DNA of 63,595 bases, the filler included, from Intoshia linei (taxonomy: Eukaryota > Animalia > Orthonectida): the NCBI GenBank assembly GCA_001642005.1. It is 5 parts of 5 records of this genome, joined end to end, with 100 filler letters (N's around TTAATTAATTAA, not from the genome) between each part and the next. Parts side by side here need not be neighbours in the genome. Positions count along the whole stretch, not along the records: positions 1 to 27,955 come from LWCA01000427.1; 4 more parts are not named here. The stretch is one strand, 5' to 3'. The position numbers and the translations under genes are program-made. The notes under the pieces were generated by a model. The model was not told the origin of the DNA. It did no database searches and worked only from the letters and a program-made list of their open reading frames with translations. Shown one piece after another: positions 1 through 13,600 of this stretch. Position 1 is the first letter of the stretch; the number at the start of each line of letters is the position of its first letter.

Positions 1-1698
1 TCACCAAATTTAATCTATGAGCAAAACAGGGTATGAAATAAGCATATTTAAATGACTTGACATAACTGCCGCACCATCGTAAGTCTGACTAATCAATTTA
101 TTTCGTATTCCACTATAGGAAATTAAAGATGATTCTATTACATCAGCTAACCTCAATGCACTTTTATCATTACTGACATCAAAAAAGCCCATAAATCTTT
201 CAATTATTTTAGATTTATAAACATATCTAATTATAATAGATAGTTGAGCATACATTGCACAATCTGTTGTTTCATGAGTCTGAACAGATATAAAAGAGCA
301 ACATTTAACTTCGTTAAAAATTTCTTTATATATGACTTTGTCTATTAAAAATATAATATCATTTTGAATTGTGCTTGAAACACCCGTAAAATATGGTCCA
401 TCTTTGGTTAATAATATCGATTCAAATGAACTATCCATTTTACCAAAGCATTTTAACAGTTCTCTATAATTGCCTTGATTAATGCTATTTATACCTTCAT
501 CGTGACCACGTAATGGCATTTCTTGTTTGCAAAGATATAATACAGCATTGGTTAAATGTTTCAGGTATTGCCTATTTTTTTTAATATTTACGTTATGTTG
601 CAGTTTTTTTAATTTGGCCGTTTCATTAAGAGCAAATTCAATATCTATCTTTACAAATATTTTAAAACATATGTAATTATGTAGATGAGATTATGATTTA
701 CTCTGCTACTTACTATCTCCTAAAATATTTTATTAATTATTATATCCGCTATCTGACCAAGATTGACTTAATTTTGGTTTAAAAAATAAACAAAGCCAGC
801 AGTATACTTTCATAGTTACTGTACTTCCACATAACCAATCGATTTTTTCGTACCACTTCATTTGAAAATTACAAATATTCGCTGTAGTTATTAATGGAGG
901 TGTAGGCTTATCAAATTAGATTATAGATCGCTTTTCGGCAATATTTCGACATCCAAATGGTGTATCTTTCAAACTTTAATAATATCGTTAATCATTCTAT
1001 GTTAAAATATAATTACACATAAATACCCATTCACATACCTTGTAATAAATTAAGTGATTTTTATAAATTTCAGTGATATAAAATGAAAATTAACAAATGT
1101 AAATAATACGCAAGAACGATAATAGAAAATATAAATGTTTGTAAAATTGCTATAATCTATTTCAATTATTGAGTAATTTACTCTTCATATTTGAATTATG
1201 AATGAAATTCAACATAACTAATAAACAAAATTTATTCGTTGTATTTCATATATAAATTCCAGACAAATAATAATGAGAACTTTTTATTTATTTAACTCGT
1301 GCCATTTTTAATTGAAAATGTAGACAATTTCTTATAGAAATTCATAATAAACTTTATCATTAAGTATAACAAAATAATGTGAACTTTTTATTTATTTACT
1401 CGTGCTTAACTTGAGACTTAGGTTAAGTTTTATTATCGTCAAGCAATTCTGTACATTACTGGTGTTTAGAAAATTGTCACAAATTCTATAATTTTTATGA
1501 AATATATATTTATTAGTAATAAATTATTACGTTATGCTTTTTATTGATTGTTTATCAGTATTTTAAAGCCAAATCATTGAATAATATTTTTTTATTATAA
1601 TTTCAAAATATTACAATTAAAAATATTGTGAAATTATTAAATTTATCAACTCCCAAAATGTCTACTCGTGCTGAGCACGAGGTGGAGAGTCGCCACTG
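1..1698 (-). mobile_element. Decayed hAT DNA transposon (ZMYM1-like/DUF4371 transposase), 5' part; runs off the window start
   Basis: ORF 10..519 has LRGHDE...NQGNYRELL, SSTIQNDII, HETTD (first catalytic D mutated), ERFMGF and QTYDGAAVMS. An upstream stop-containing segment (~740-860) reads WYEKIDWLCGSTVTMKVYCWLC (TTF-type zinc finger). The terminus reads CAGTGGCG on the minus strand at 1698, with repeated ACTCGTGC subterminal motifs. Confidence 0.85.
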
Positions 1699-1994
1699 AT
1701 TTGTATTATGTAAATTAAATCAAACTTTTACACATTTTCGTATAATAAAAACTGATAATTTTAAATCTGGTTCTCAACGTTTTTCAGATATTAATCGGCT
1801 CGTAAAAGTCAAAATTTCCGAGTCGGTTCTAATCTATAGCTATCATGATATAATACATTTTTCGACCGATTTCGATCTTTTTAAACTGAAAACGATTTTT
1901 TTAAATATCTAATCAATGATAAAAATTAGGGTTGTTAATTATACCGAAATTCGTAGAAAACCTATATATAAATGTTAAATATATCAATAATTAC

Positions 1995-4900
1995 TTAGTG
2001 TTATTGATAATCATAACATTTGAAACGGTTAAAAGTGGGTAAGCCAGAATTGTTAAAGGTTTCATCTAAAATTTCATACAAATTTTATGATAAAGAATTG
2101 CTTTACCGCGATTTTAGAACACCATTCAGAATTAATCTTTTCGCATGCTATAAACTAAATAACATATTTCATAATGTCAAATTTAAAAACAGAACCTTTA
2201 AAGTTTTATTGAGTTCAAACAAATCAAACAACATGTGACCACTTATAGCCAATAACAATGTATAAGTAAGTTTAGGAAAAAAGCCTCTAAATTAAAAAAA
2301 TGAAAATTTACATTTAAAATAAAAATATACTTGTAAAATTCAGAAAATCCACCGACTTTGTAAATTTGAGATGCAGCTGAGAAAATTGAACTAAAAGAAA
2401 AATGAAAAAATAGGATGAATAAAAAATTAGTTAAATTTTTCATCACGATAATTTTTATACAGTGATTGCTCAATAGTAAAATTGAGCTACTCACACAATG
2501 TGTAAACAACACTACGTAAATTTACACATAATACGTTACTAATACGGGTATGACAGCATGTGTAACCATTTATTTAAACCAATGATAGTTTAAATACGGT
2601 AACTACGGTCCGCCAATTGATTTAACCCCGACCGCATAATTTTTTAATCGAAATTTTATTATTTTAATTCACTGTTATTTTACTAAATACTAACACTGGG
2701 TAGTAACCTACTAATTTAATTAATTAATTCTCAAGGGTTAATTTTGATTTGATGGAAAATTTCTTGGATAGGATAGAAAAGTTTTTATAAAAAAATTTAA
2801 TTAATTTAAATAATTAATACCTGGTGTTAAGATGAGCGTTATTATTTTAATTTTTAATGTGACCGATCCGCCAAATTATCAGAATCTACCATGGGTCCGT
2901 TACCATTATAAGGTTGCCCATCCCTGATTTAGACAACTGAAAGCGCCAGAAATTAAAAAATCACAAATTCTAAATCAGTTATTTCCAGTGTAAAAAGTCA
3001 AATAAATTTCACCATCAAAGATGTGCATCTTCATAGGCAAAATCCAAATTATGCCTCTTTTTAAAAATGAAAAATTTATGAGTCTCTGAATTTTAAAAAA
3101 CAATTTTGATTCTTGCATATATGATATAATTTTATTATACTTGCGGTTTCGACTTTTGAAATTTCCCAAAGAAATCACAATCACTATATAGCTGACATAA
3201 ACATAAAATTTAAATCTCACAAAGTATAGCCTTTATCATCAAAAGCCCCGAGTCACATTTCTTAACTTGACATTTTAAATTTAGCACACATAATAGTATT
3301 ATCATATTCACACATATTTTTTTATTGGAAATGTGTAGACGTTCAATGCACTTTTTTTAAAATTGTAGTAACAATATTTACACTTTCAATTTTTATTTTA
3401 CAATTGTTAATCGAAATATTTGAAAAATATTGGTTGATAATATATTAAAAATTATTTTTCACCCGGGAATGCGTAGATTTCAGGGTTGAAATTTTGTACT
3501 TATATCAACTGGAATAAAATCTATCAAAATAATCTCTTGTTTTAATTTTGGGACTTTTAATTATTTCACATTTTTTGTAAAATATTTCGGAAAAAAATAT
3601 ATGAATACTAAAATGCTTTTTTGACCGTGAAGTCGTCACTTATTCGGATTGAATATTTTTGTGTGTTAACAGAATACAACTGTACCACCTGTAAATTTTT
3701 TTAAATTCTAGGGCTGTTTTTATAAATAAAAAAAGTAATTTGGGGTTTTGGCCCTAAAAATATAATTTTTTAAATTCTCAACGTCGGATTAAACAATCGA
3801 CAGAAGAACCAAAAAAAATTGTTTCATGTTCATCTAAACCGGGCCACTGTTGCCTCCCCATCGCCCTGGATAAATGAGTAAATTAATTTTATTAATTATA
3901 AAATATATATAAAAATTGAGGAAAACGTTTAATTTCGCGCCACTAAAATATACCCTTGTTACGTTGTATATGAAATGCATATTATACATTGTTAAAATAA
4001 TAAAAAAAAATACTTGTATGAAGTCTCTTTTCCAACAAACGATGCCATCATTCTAACCATTATACCTAAACAATTTATGAAAATTAAAAAATGAAAGTAA
4101 AAACAGTTAAATGGATAGCTAATTATAGTTGATACTGTAACAGTGAAACATTCTTTGATAATCTAAAAATATAAATTGTTTGATGTAAAATAAAAATAAA
4201 TTTGAAAAATTTATACCTTTTTAGCACGACCAGGTAAATTGTTCCAAAATGCAGGATACAAAATCTCTGAAACATCTTTAACGTCACTTTCATTTTTTAT
4301 TTTATTCTAAAATTAAATTTAAATAAAAAATATCAATAATCTTTACAAGTTAACTAAAATCTGAAAATCTCAACTACAATGTGCCTAATTACACATTGGA
4401 CCTTGACACAATATATAATTCACTAGATAAAATATTTAACCCTTTCACTGTCTGTGTATTCTATACCAGTGGTTCCCAAAAAAATATACTATCGGCCCTC
4501 TCACAGTATACAAATATTTTTAGAAAAGATCAATTAGTAAAAACCCTGATTTTTACAATAAAGTATTATTTTGTCAATATCCTGTTCAATACTAGTGTAT
4601 GCTAATCTCAGGTCGTTTTGAACATCCATTCTTGATCTCTGTTTTGTTTTAATTATTATCAAACCAGAAAAAGTTTTTTCACATAAATATGTTGATCCGA
4701 ATGATAAAAGAATATTTATAGCAATATTGGAAGTTTTTGGGTAAATACCATTAATATTACATTGAAATTGCTGATAATTGGTTGGTTGTAATTGTAATAC
4801 TACTATTCAAATTGTTAAGTTAGACCTAATTTCTAATATTTCTTCTTGAATTTCTTCTGATACATTTTGAAGATCACACATAAATGGATTTATAATCCAA

Positions 4901-6721
4901 TCATAAATATTATCATATAATTTGGGAAAGTATTTTTTGAATAATTCTATCATATTAGACAAATGTTCTTACAACTATAATTATAATCAACAAATAATTA
5001 TAATTAATGTTTTTAAATCAATAGTTTATTGGTAAAGACATTTTTTATTCGTGATCATAGATAAGTAGTTTCGGCTTTAAATTTAACACCAAACAAACTA
5101 AAATTTATAGTAGTGCTGTAATATGGTAACACTAATTTAAGAAAAAATTGATGTGAGCAGTTAATTAAAATAAATAATTAGCTAAATTTTGTAAGGGTTA
5201 ATATTATTTAAATTTATTATAATCCTAAATTAATCCAAATTTCAAGAATATATAATTAAATATCAAATACTAAATCAAATTAATATTAACGATTCTAATT
5301 TAATTTAAAAATTTTTCTTAAATCTGCGGCCCCCTCAGACTCTGTAGGCCCCTCCATTTGGAAACCACTGAAGAATCTATACTATACACCAGCCATTCTC
5401 AACGATGTCCACAGCACTTTTGGGGGTCAATGAAAATTATATACATTTATTCTTTGGTATTAAATTAAATTACTTGCAAGTGTAAAAACTTATTGGGAAA
5501 CCTCCATTGTTTTATTATAGGAGCAGCGGTTTTATTTAATTATTTTATTAAAATATATGACCGAGCTAAGTTTTTAGTCATAAAAAAAGCTTTAAATTTC
5601 AAATGGGACAAAAAATCAGTCAATATTCATGATTCTATGAAACATCAACCAATGGATATAAAATATTAATTTTTCACAGGAAAGATAGATAATATAGACT
5701 TTTTATTGATCTGATAAAATATGTAGTAAACAATTAATAATGTACTGTAAACAATATCTGAAAAACATGTTCCATTTTGGGAACATTGACGGGTTAAAGG
5801 TTAATATTAATAATTCATCAAGTTTATCATCTCGCAAAAATAGAGTACTCCATGTCTTTTGACCATTAATCGTTTCACCCAAATGTAATGATTTATTAAA
5901 AATTGTCATTATTATTAATTTTTTTGGGGGCCACAGCGAAAAAGGGTTGAGAATGCCTTCTATACACAGTAATTTCACTTTACACGTCTGTGTATTGTGA
6001 TATACACAATATAATTTTGAAAAACTTTATTCATATTTATTTTTTTTTATTTATAACATAAATTCTAGACGTGTGGTGATAGTACATAAAATTGCATCAG
6101 ACAGTGAAAGGGTTAATATATTGTATAGGAAGTAAATTATAAAAATTTAATTTCATTTAATTTTATAGTTTCCAGCATGTTTGACAAAAATCACCTAAAA
6201 CGATGTGCCTTGGTTAAAAACATTGTCATCTCGGTTATTTTAATGCATATCCTACTAAGTCAACATTACCTTTTCCAATTCATGCCTAACAAATAGATCG
6301 ACAAGTACTTCAATGATTGACGGTAAAAGTCCATTATATAGACCGATAATACCATCCTCCTTAAAAATATGTCCAACTAAACAAAATTCATTAAAATAAA
6401 ATTTAAACTTAAAACATTAACCATCAGTGATGGTTCATCACCATTTATAATAATAAAAGAATAAATTACAATATTTGAAACTAGAAGGGTAGACTTGAAC
6501 AATTTTATTAGAAAATAACATTTTTTTAGCCTCCAGTGGAAATGGTTTGTATCCAAGCTTAATTGAAACGGTAAATAATTTTTAAAAAATTAAAATATTA
6601 CCTGTATCAATGTACCAACGTACATTTTTGGATGCATAGCCACTCGTCCCACAACACTAATCAAACCGTGTTTAATCGTTGGGTTAATATTTTTTATATA
6701 TTCACAATAGCTTTGAGGCAT
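1995..6721 (-). CDS. MTCH2: Mitochondrial carrier homolog 2 (about 10 exons; final exon(s) unresolved)
   Basis: Spliced exons read MPQSY...AMHPKMYVGTLIQ (6721-6602) | LGYKPFPLEAKKMLFSNKIVQVYPSSFKY | GHIFKEDGIIGLYNGLLP | IISYPFN | IMVRMMASFVGKETSY | SIFSAASQIYKVGGFSEFYK | GFFPKL | LAYPLLTVSNVMIINN. These are colinear with MTCH2 motifs QPLMYVKVLIQVGYEPLP, LRSMVQFIGRESKY and YPFVLVSNLMAVNN. Confidence 0.88.
3400..3780. repeat. Dispersed ~400-bp repeat family; other copies at ~35410-35850, ~53590-54050 and partially ~56900-57030
   Basis: The block aatcgaaatatttgaaaaatattggttgataatatatt...gggaatgcgta...tatcaactggaataa...cgtcacttattcggattgaa...ctagggctgtttt recurs at the listed positions. Confidence 0.85.
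4440..6112. mobile_element. piggyBac-like non-autonomous element in an MTCH2 intron
   Basis: TTAA|CCCTTTCACTGTCTG ... CAGACAGTGAAAGGG|TTAA: a perfect 15-bp TIR with TTAA target duplication. Confidence 0.85.
4467..5370 (-). mobile_element. Internally deleted hAT Charlie/Buster element nested in the piggyBac-like element
   Basis: Termini CAGTGGTTCCCAA / TTGGAAACCACTG. Minus strand ~4720-4570 reads ILLSFGSTYLCEKTFSGLIIIKTKQRSRMDVQNDLRL, the Buster/ZBED5-type dimerisation domain. Confidence 0.85.
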
Positions 6722-7639
6722 TTTATGAGTTTTAATTATTGAACGAAAATATAAATTTAAAATAAACTTTATACCCTTATCATTAAGTTTGATACCTATA
6801 AATGTAGTTGTCTCAGTTTTAAATTATCTACATGGAGATATATCGTCTGATACATTATAGAGTCTAATTAATTTTGTATATATTTTGTGTACTGTTTGAT
6901 TTGAATGTTAGACATACATGCAAATTTAATGTAATTTATTTCAAATTAATTTTGTAAAATAATTTTTTTAATTGTTAAATTCTTACATGCAAAAACACTT
7001 AAAACTTGTAAGACTTACAATGTAAATAATACTGATGAATTGTATAAAAAATTTTTTCTGAGATTTATCCGTTTAGTCAATTATCGCGAATTAAGAAACT
7101 CAAATTGTAATAGTTTTTCCAGACTGATACTAAATGGCAAATTTGATTCTCAGAGATTGAGACCAGAGAAAAACCAAAATTTTTAAATTTACGATAATAC
7201 TCATGATTTAAAAAATCTATCTTATCAAAAAATCAATTTTTTGGAAGCGTAATATATAAATTTCCCTTTTTTAAATAAATGTATTATCCATCTGCATTAT
7301 TAAACCTTCTCTTTTGCGATTTATAGGCATTTTAAATTTCTACGTGATTTAAAAGTGATTTAAGTACATAAAATCGTATTAAACTTATTTTGAAAAAATT
7401 GTTTTAAAACTTTTAGTTGTATATTGTAAAATTTAAATTGATAAAGCTCTACTGTTACCGGTATTAAAAATTGTAAATTACAATTGATGCTAAATATGAA
7501 TGAACATTAAATTTGATAATTGAACAATGACCCATAAACCGAAAAACTATAGATACCATATGGCGCTAACTTGTAAAATAAAATTTTATTTTTAGTTTCA
7601 ATAAAATACTCAATATATCAAAATAATTAAAACGTATAT
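6722..7639. promoter_or_regulatory. Probable divergent promoter region between MTCH2 and CEP97
   Basis: The two genes are head-to-head with ~0.9 kb between start codons. This is positional inference only. Confidence 0.4.
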
Positions 7640-10600
7640 ATGCTTTGCTCAGACTTTAAAATTGATGAGTCTGTTGAATTGTACAAATCAGTATTAAATT
7701 TTGATGGAAAAGTAAGATTACAAGAACTTTCTAAGATTCATAATGAAATTACTCAAAAACAATTTATATCAAACAATGCACTAGTTTTGGCTTCAAAAAA
7801 TTTAACATGTATGCCGGAAATTGATACAAATGTAGAGTGTTGTATTTTGAATGATAACAAAATTGAAAATTTGACAAATTCTAAGGATATGTGCAAATTA
7901 AAAAGGGTTTTTAAATAACCTTAATCTATTTTTTTATTTTCATTTATGAATTAACATTTTCACTTAGTTATCAATTTCTCGTAATATTTTAAACTCTTCA
8001 AATAATGGATTTGTTTCTCTTACTCATTTGAACATTTCTTATAATAATTTAACCTCAATAACTGGTATTTTTAGTTTTTTTTGTTTATATAAAAAAATTA
8101 TTGTATACACCGGCCAAATTTCATACTCGAGGCCTGGTAGATTCTAAAATATTTAGTATGCAATAGACCAGGGATGCACAACCTTGCCACCAATTCAGCC
8201 ACAATACTACTTTTCTCATTGATACTACGGCCGCATAAAATTTACTTCGACATTGAGAATGTTTACTCTGGACCTAAATTTTAGGTCTAATAAAATAGTT
8301 TTCTTTAAATTTTAATAGCAAGTTTTAATTAATAATTTTCAATTAAAATTAATCCTTAATTTATTGATATATATTAACACCATATTTGTCATTCATCTGA
8401 ATCTGAATAAATAACAATAGTAGGATTAATGCAATGCTTCTCATGGGAGTGACTGGTCACCCCAAGGGGTGAATACCAAAATTTAGATCATTGTAGGCTA
8501 ATCTACAATTTTCAACATATTTCATAAATCATCCAATTTAATATAATCTTATGAGAAAAAACCAAAATTTTACCAACCCATAAGGAAGAAATCCGTGGTT
8601 ACCAATATTTTTTTTAAAAATCCATTTTTACCAAAGTTTTAGAATAAAAACTACCTTATCTGATTCCAAATGAAAAAACCAAAATTTACCAACCCTTAAA
8701 GAAAAAAATCGCTTTTACTATTATGATTAATATTTTTATGAAAAATCCCATTTTACCAAATTTTTAGATCAATAATTCTTCTGACTGATTCCATAAGAAA
8801 AAACCTGATTTTAAAAAAATTTGAAAAATCTCCTTTTACTAATATTTTTTAATCATTAATTTTTCAGTAAATAATTAATGATAATTGGACAACAGAAAAA
8901 AGTTCCATTAAAAACTGATTTGTTGATACATTAGAGTGGAAGACATAAAAAAATATGTAAATATTAATAATGACATAAAAAAAGATATGAGGACTGCCTT
9001 GATTTTGTGTGCTTTTCGCTAACATTTGAGAAACTGGGGCAAAGTCAAGAATGTAACTTTTTGATTAAAATATTTTAAATAGACCTTGAATAAAATCTCA
9101 TTTTAACTTTTCAATTTGAAGTAAAATGATATATTGCATTATCATCAGATTTATTGCTCACGGCCGTACGTTGTGCATCCCTGCAATAGACATTGCATAT
9201 TTTTTATGTAAAACAAATCGTAAATATTGTATTAATTAAATATTTTGATTATATGATGTGTCCATTTCAACTATTTTATATACATGTGTAATACATATAC
9301 GATACCATACAGAGGCTCCTCTTCGGGGCTCAACGAAATTTTTTAAAAATAAGAATTAAAAAAATTGTATTTTAGAAATCACAACTATTTTGTCTGTTTA
9401 ATTTAAATGGCAAGTAGACCTTGTAGAGGGGGATAGGGTTATATAAACTACGAATTGTTGCGAATTTTGTAGGGCCTATTTTTCATTTATGGTTGAGTTG
9501 AGTTTGATAGACTCTGGCTTGGGAAATGTTATTTCAAGCCATTTTTAGATACTTTTTAATATTTATTATTAAAATTAGGTCTTCAAAACTTGAATAGACT
9601 CATATTCTTGGATGCTTCACACAATATGATCCACGTACCTTTTATTATTATTGGAAATACATTTATTAGAATTATTCTAACATTTTGAATTGTGTTGTAT
9701 TAGGACTGTAATAACGTTACAATAGAGCAGTAATTCTTAACCTTTTTAGTACATGGTCCTGTCAGCTATTTTATATTATTCGTGGCACCTATTAAAAATA
9801 GAAAATTTTGCATATGTTACCTTATGGATATTAATGGATACTTGTATTTTGTTTTATAAAATTTTTTTACATATTTTAGTAAATGTATTATAATAATTGG
9901 TTAACTGTTGTGTACTGTTGTTGTCGTACAAGCAGCGCCTAGCTCTGCCGAGGGCGGACTTTTTTAATTCTAAGACAAAAATAAATTCAATATAAAATCT
10001 TAAAAATTCTACTATTCAATATTATCAAACTTTTAAAGCAGTGGTTCTCAACGGTGGACGAATCGCCCCTTGAATCGACTTTCTAAAACGGGGGAATTTT
10101 TTTTATTATATCACAAAATACATAATTTAAAAGATTTTTAAGATTAAAATTCTTGGCCCCAGTTAATAAAATAAACCTTGCTTAAAAAATGATGCCAATA
10201 TAGAGGATTGACAAAATAAGCAATTGCAGATAAAATACTGTAGTTGGTGTAATTAAGTGTACAAAATTTTTTACAATAACACCTTAACCATGATATTATT
10301 TTTATTTAGATGAATATTCATTTGTCTCTCAATGAAAATTTACAGTTTTTAAATTTATCATTCAATAAAATTGAATTACCTCCGGATTTATCTTTTTCAA
10401 GAAATTTAAATGTAATTTTTAATATTGTTTTTTTACTTTTATCGTATTGGAATGTTAAAACTAATATGGAAAAGTGTAACTCGTATATTTGGTGGCTTCG
10501 GACTGACCCGTCAAGGGATATATACTATGATTATAAAGATTACAACATTTTATTTATTTAATGGCCCATTCTTGTAACGTACAAATGGTTAAATTCACAG

Positions 10601-13600
10601 ATAAATAGATGTAGATGACAAAATAATATAATATATTGTCCAGAAATAGCTTTAAATTAACCACAGAAAAATTGAAAATATTTTAATTAGCATTAGTTTG
10701 GAGAGAAACGAATTACAATACTTAAATTTTAACATAGAATGTGATTCATTCGAAATTCACAAAAAACACTTTTTAATGTTCACTTTTAGTTTATCGAAGA
10801 TTCTTGTGAATCTATAAATAAATGAAGACAATTATAGATAGTTTAGTAGTTATTTAGCAATAGCTATAGTTTAGTAAGAATGAAGTCGACAGATACTACT
10901 AATAATTAAACCATGGGTATTAGTTATAATAGTGTAAAAATTCAAATTAAAATATAAAAATAAACTTTGGCGTTACATAAATAAANCTTTTAGACATCCT
11001 TAGAAAAGGTTAAAAACTCTAATAAACTTTCTTAAAATAATAATTTATATATTAAAATACATAATTTGTATACCTTAAAAAAGTTGAAAATACAAAATTA
11101 ATTTGATTTTTAATAATTGTGAATAATTTCAATGAGCGTTAATTATTAATTTAATGTTAATCAATTATAATTCTTATGTAAAAGTTTTCCGCAACTACTT
11201 AATTCATCTATTTTCTGAGTCTTAATAAGTATTAACAAGATGAAATTATGTCATATCTAATCTTTTTGTTGATAATAAAAATATCAATTATGTAAATACA
11301 CTCATTTAGAAAAATAATAAATTATTAATTGGCCCATTCTTGTAACGCCCAAATGCTTAAATTCACAGATAAATAGATGTAGATGACAAAATAATATAAT
11401 ATATTGTCCAGAAATAGCTCTAAATTGACCACAGAAAAATTAAAAATATTTTAATTAGCATTAGTTTGGAGAGAAACAAATTACAATACTTAGATTTTAA
11501 CATTAAATGTGATTCATTCGAAATTCACAAAAAACACTTTTTAATGATCACTTTTAGTTTATCGAAGATTCTTGTGAATTTATAAATAAATGAGGAAAAT
11601 TAATTTATTTAATAGTTTAGTAGGAATGAAATCGACAGATACTACCAATAATTAAACCATGGGTATTGGTTATAATAGTGTAAAAATTCAAATTAAAATA
11701 TAAAAATAAACTTTGGCGTTACATAAATAAACTTTTTAAAATGAATATAGAATTTCAATACATTTTAAATGTAACATTTATTTATAATTTATTTTATTAG
11801 ATATGTAATGAAAGGATGCTCTCCAGTGTGTTCTCTTAGTATTATCATCATATCAATATCATGGCATTTTTCAATGCCAGCAAATTTTGTTTCGTTCCAT
11901 TTGTACTTTTTAACTCCACGACCTATTTCAATGAAGGTATTGGACATAACCTCTGAGCCGTACTAACAAATGTTATTGCATCATTGACAATAGGGGAATC
12001 ATGTCTTTTGGACATTATTGATTTTTGCACCATATGCTTCACTCGCCCCCCAATCCCATTAACAACACCCTTCCCATGTCTTGTTGCAAAAAATCTCCAA
12101 TGAATCTTGCATAAATATTTAGTTTATAAAATTTTTAATGTCTGTACAAGATATTTATTTTTAAATTCACCGTATGGTCCATCAGACCATACGATTACAG
12201 TTTTGTTTTTTACTTTATACATATCAAAAATTTGATTTAAATATGTTCTAACAGCATTTTTCCCTTTGGTCTCCATTGTCGGTACACAAAGCAAAAAGGT
12301 GTGTTTTTGTAGAGTCAAATACTGCCGTGGTAAATATATTCACCTGTGTGCGTGCCCATAAACCAGCTTGAATTTCATTTTGTGATTCACAACCATATGC
12401 CATTGCAAAATCCATTTTCACCACGATTATGTTGTTCATTGGATTGTTTGATAATAACGTATCATTTTTAAATGCAGAATGCTGCAAACGTTTCATTTTA
12501 CTGTCATGTGATAGTGTAATCAATGTAAGCATTTTGGTAGTCCTTCCTGACTCTGCTTATTAATAAATCTCGTGGCGATAAATTAATTAATAAAACTACT
12601 CTATTGTTTTTGTTTTTGCTCCATTGCCTCCAAGTTACAATATTTTCAGTAGGATCATTTCACTTTACAAATTTTGGACAATTTTTACATTGACCTTTAA
12701 AGCATTCTGAATTTAAATCGGTGTTACATAAAAAAAGGACCAGTCAGTAGACCATTTTAATGCATTCAATTTATTTAAAGTTTTCATGAATCATGCACTT
12801 GCACTGATCCTTTGGACAATTATTCATGAGAAAGACGTTATCAGGACGCAATTTACAGAAATTACTAAAGCCAATAATTTTTTTATCTTTACAAAATATA
12901 GTATGTGCTTTTCTAAGATAATACATCCAGTACATCCGAGGCATCACTTTTTTAATACCACATTTTATAATAGTCTTTGTTTGGTTCAGTGATATCCATG
13001 AAATGTCAGGATTTTGAAAAAACATTACAACCTTATCATTCATTATTAGTTCAGTTTCAACTATTTTCACAATATTTGAATCAAACTTTTCCTTAAAACT
13101 TCATTTATTATCATGGGCCAATTACTTTCGTTTTTAGGGAGTTCTTTAATCAACCTTGACTTTGCTTTACCTAAAATTTGTGGTGACATAAGGTGTTGGA
13201 TTAATTAATTAATTTTTTTGTTTTAACCGAAATTTCTGTACTCTCAATTTTGTCTGTCTGCCATTACAGAATTTTTTTGATTTTGATTTTATCAATTATC
13301 TTAGCCTATTTTTTAATTAAAATTAATTTTTTACATGTATATGATAAGAAATTATTTTATCAACGTAACAAATCGAAATTGGTCTATTTTTATTTTATAC
13401 AAAACTAGATATGTCGATTTATATTTATACTTAATATTCTGTAAAAACAAATTTTTATTTAACATACATCAAAGCGTCTATAAATAGTGTTTAAATATAA
13501 TTTTTTTGGCAGGTATTTTATAATTATTGTAAAATATAGGATTTATGCTCAACATTAAACCAAAAAAATAAATCAATTTAACATTTTAATTTTTGCTATT

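Noticed and set aside
1900-1961. Possible stop-codon reassignment at the MTCH2 3' end (*LDI* resembling WIDCW)
   Set aside because: It would need both TGA and TAA read as Trp, whereas other genes here use TGG for Trp and TGA/TAA as stops. The stretch also looks like a 36-nt intron.
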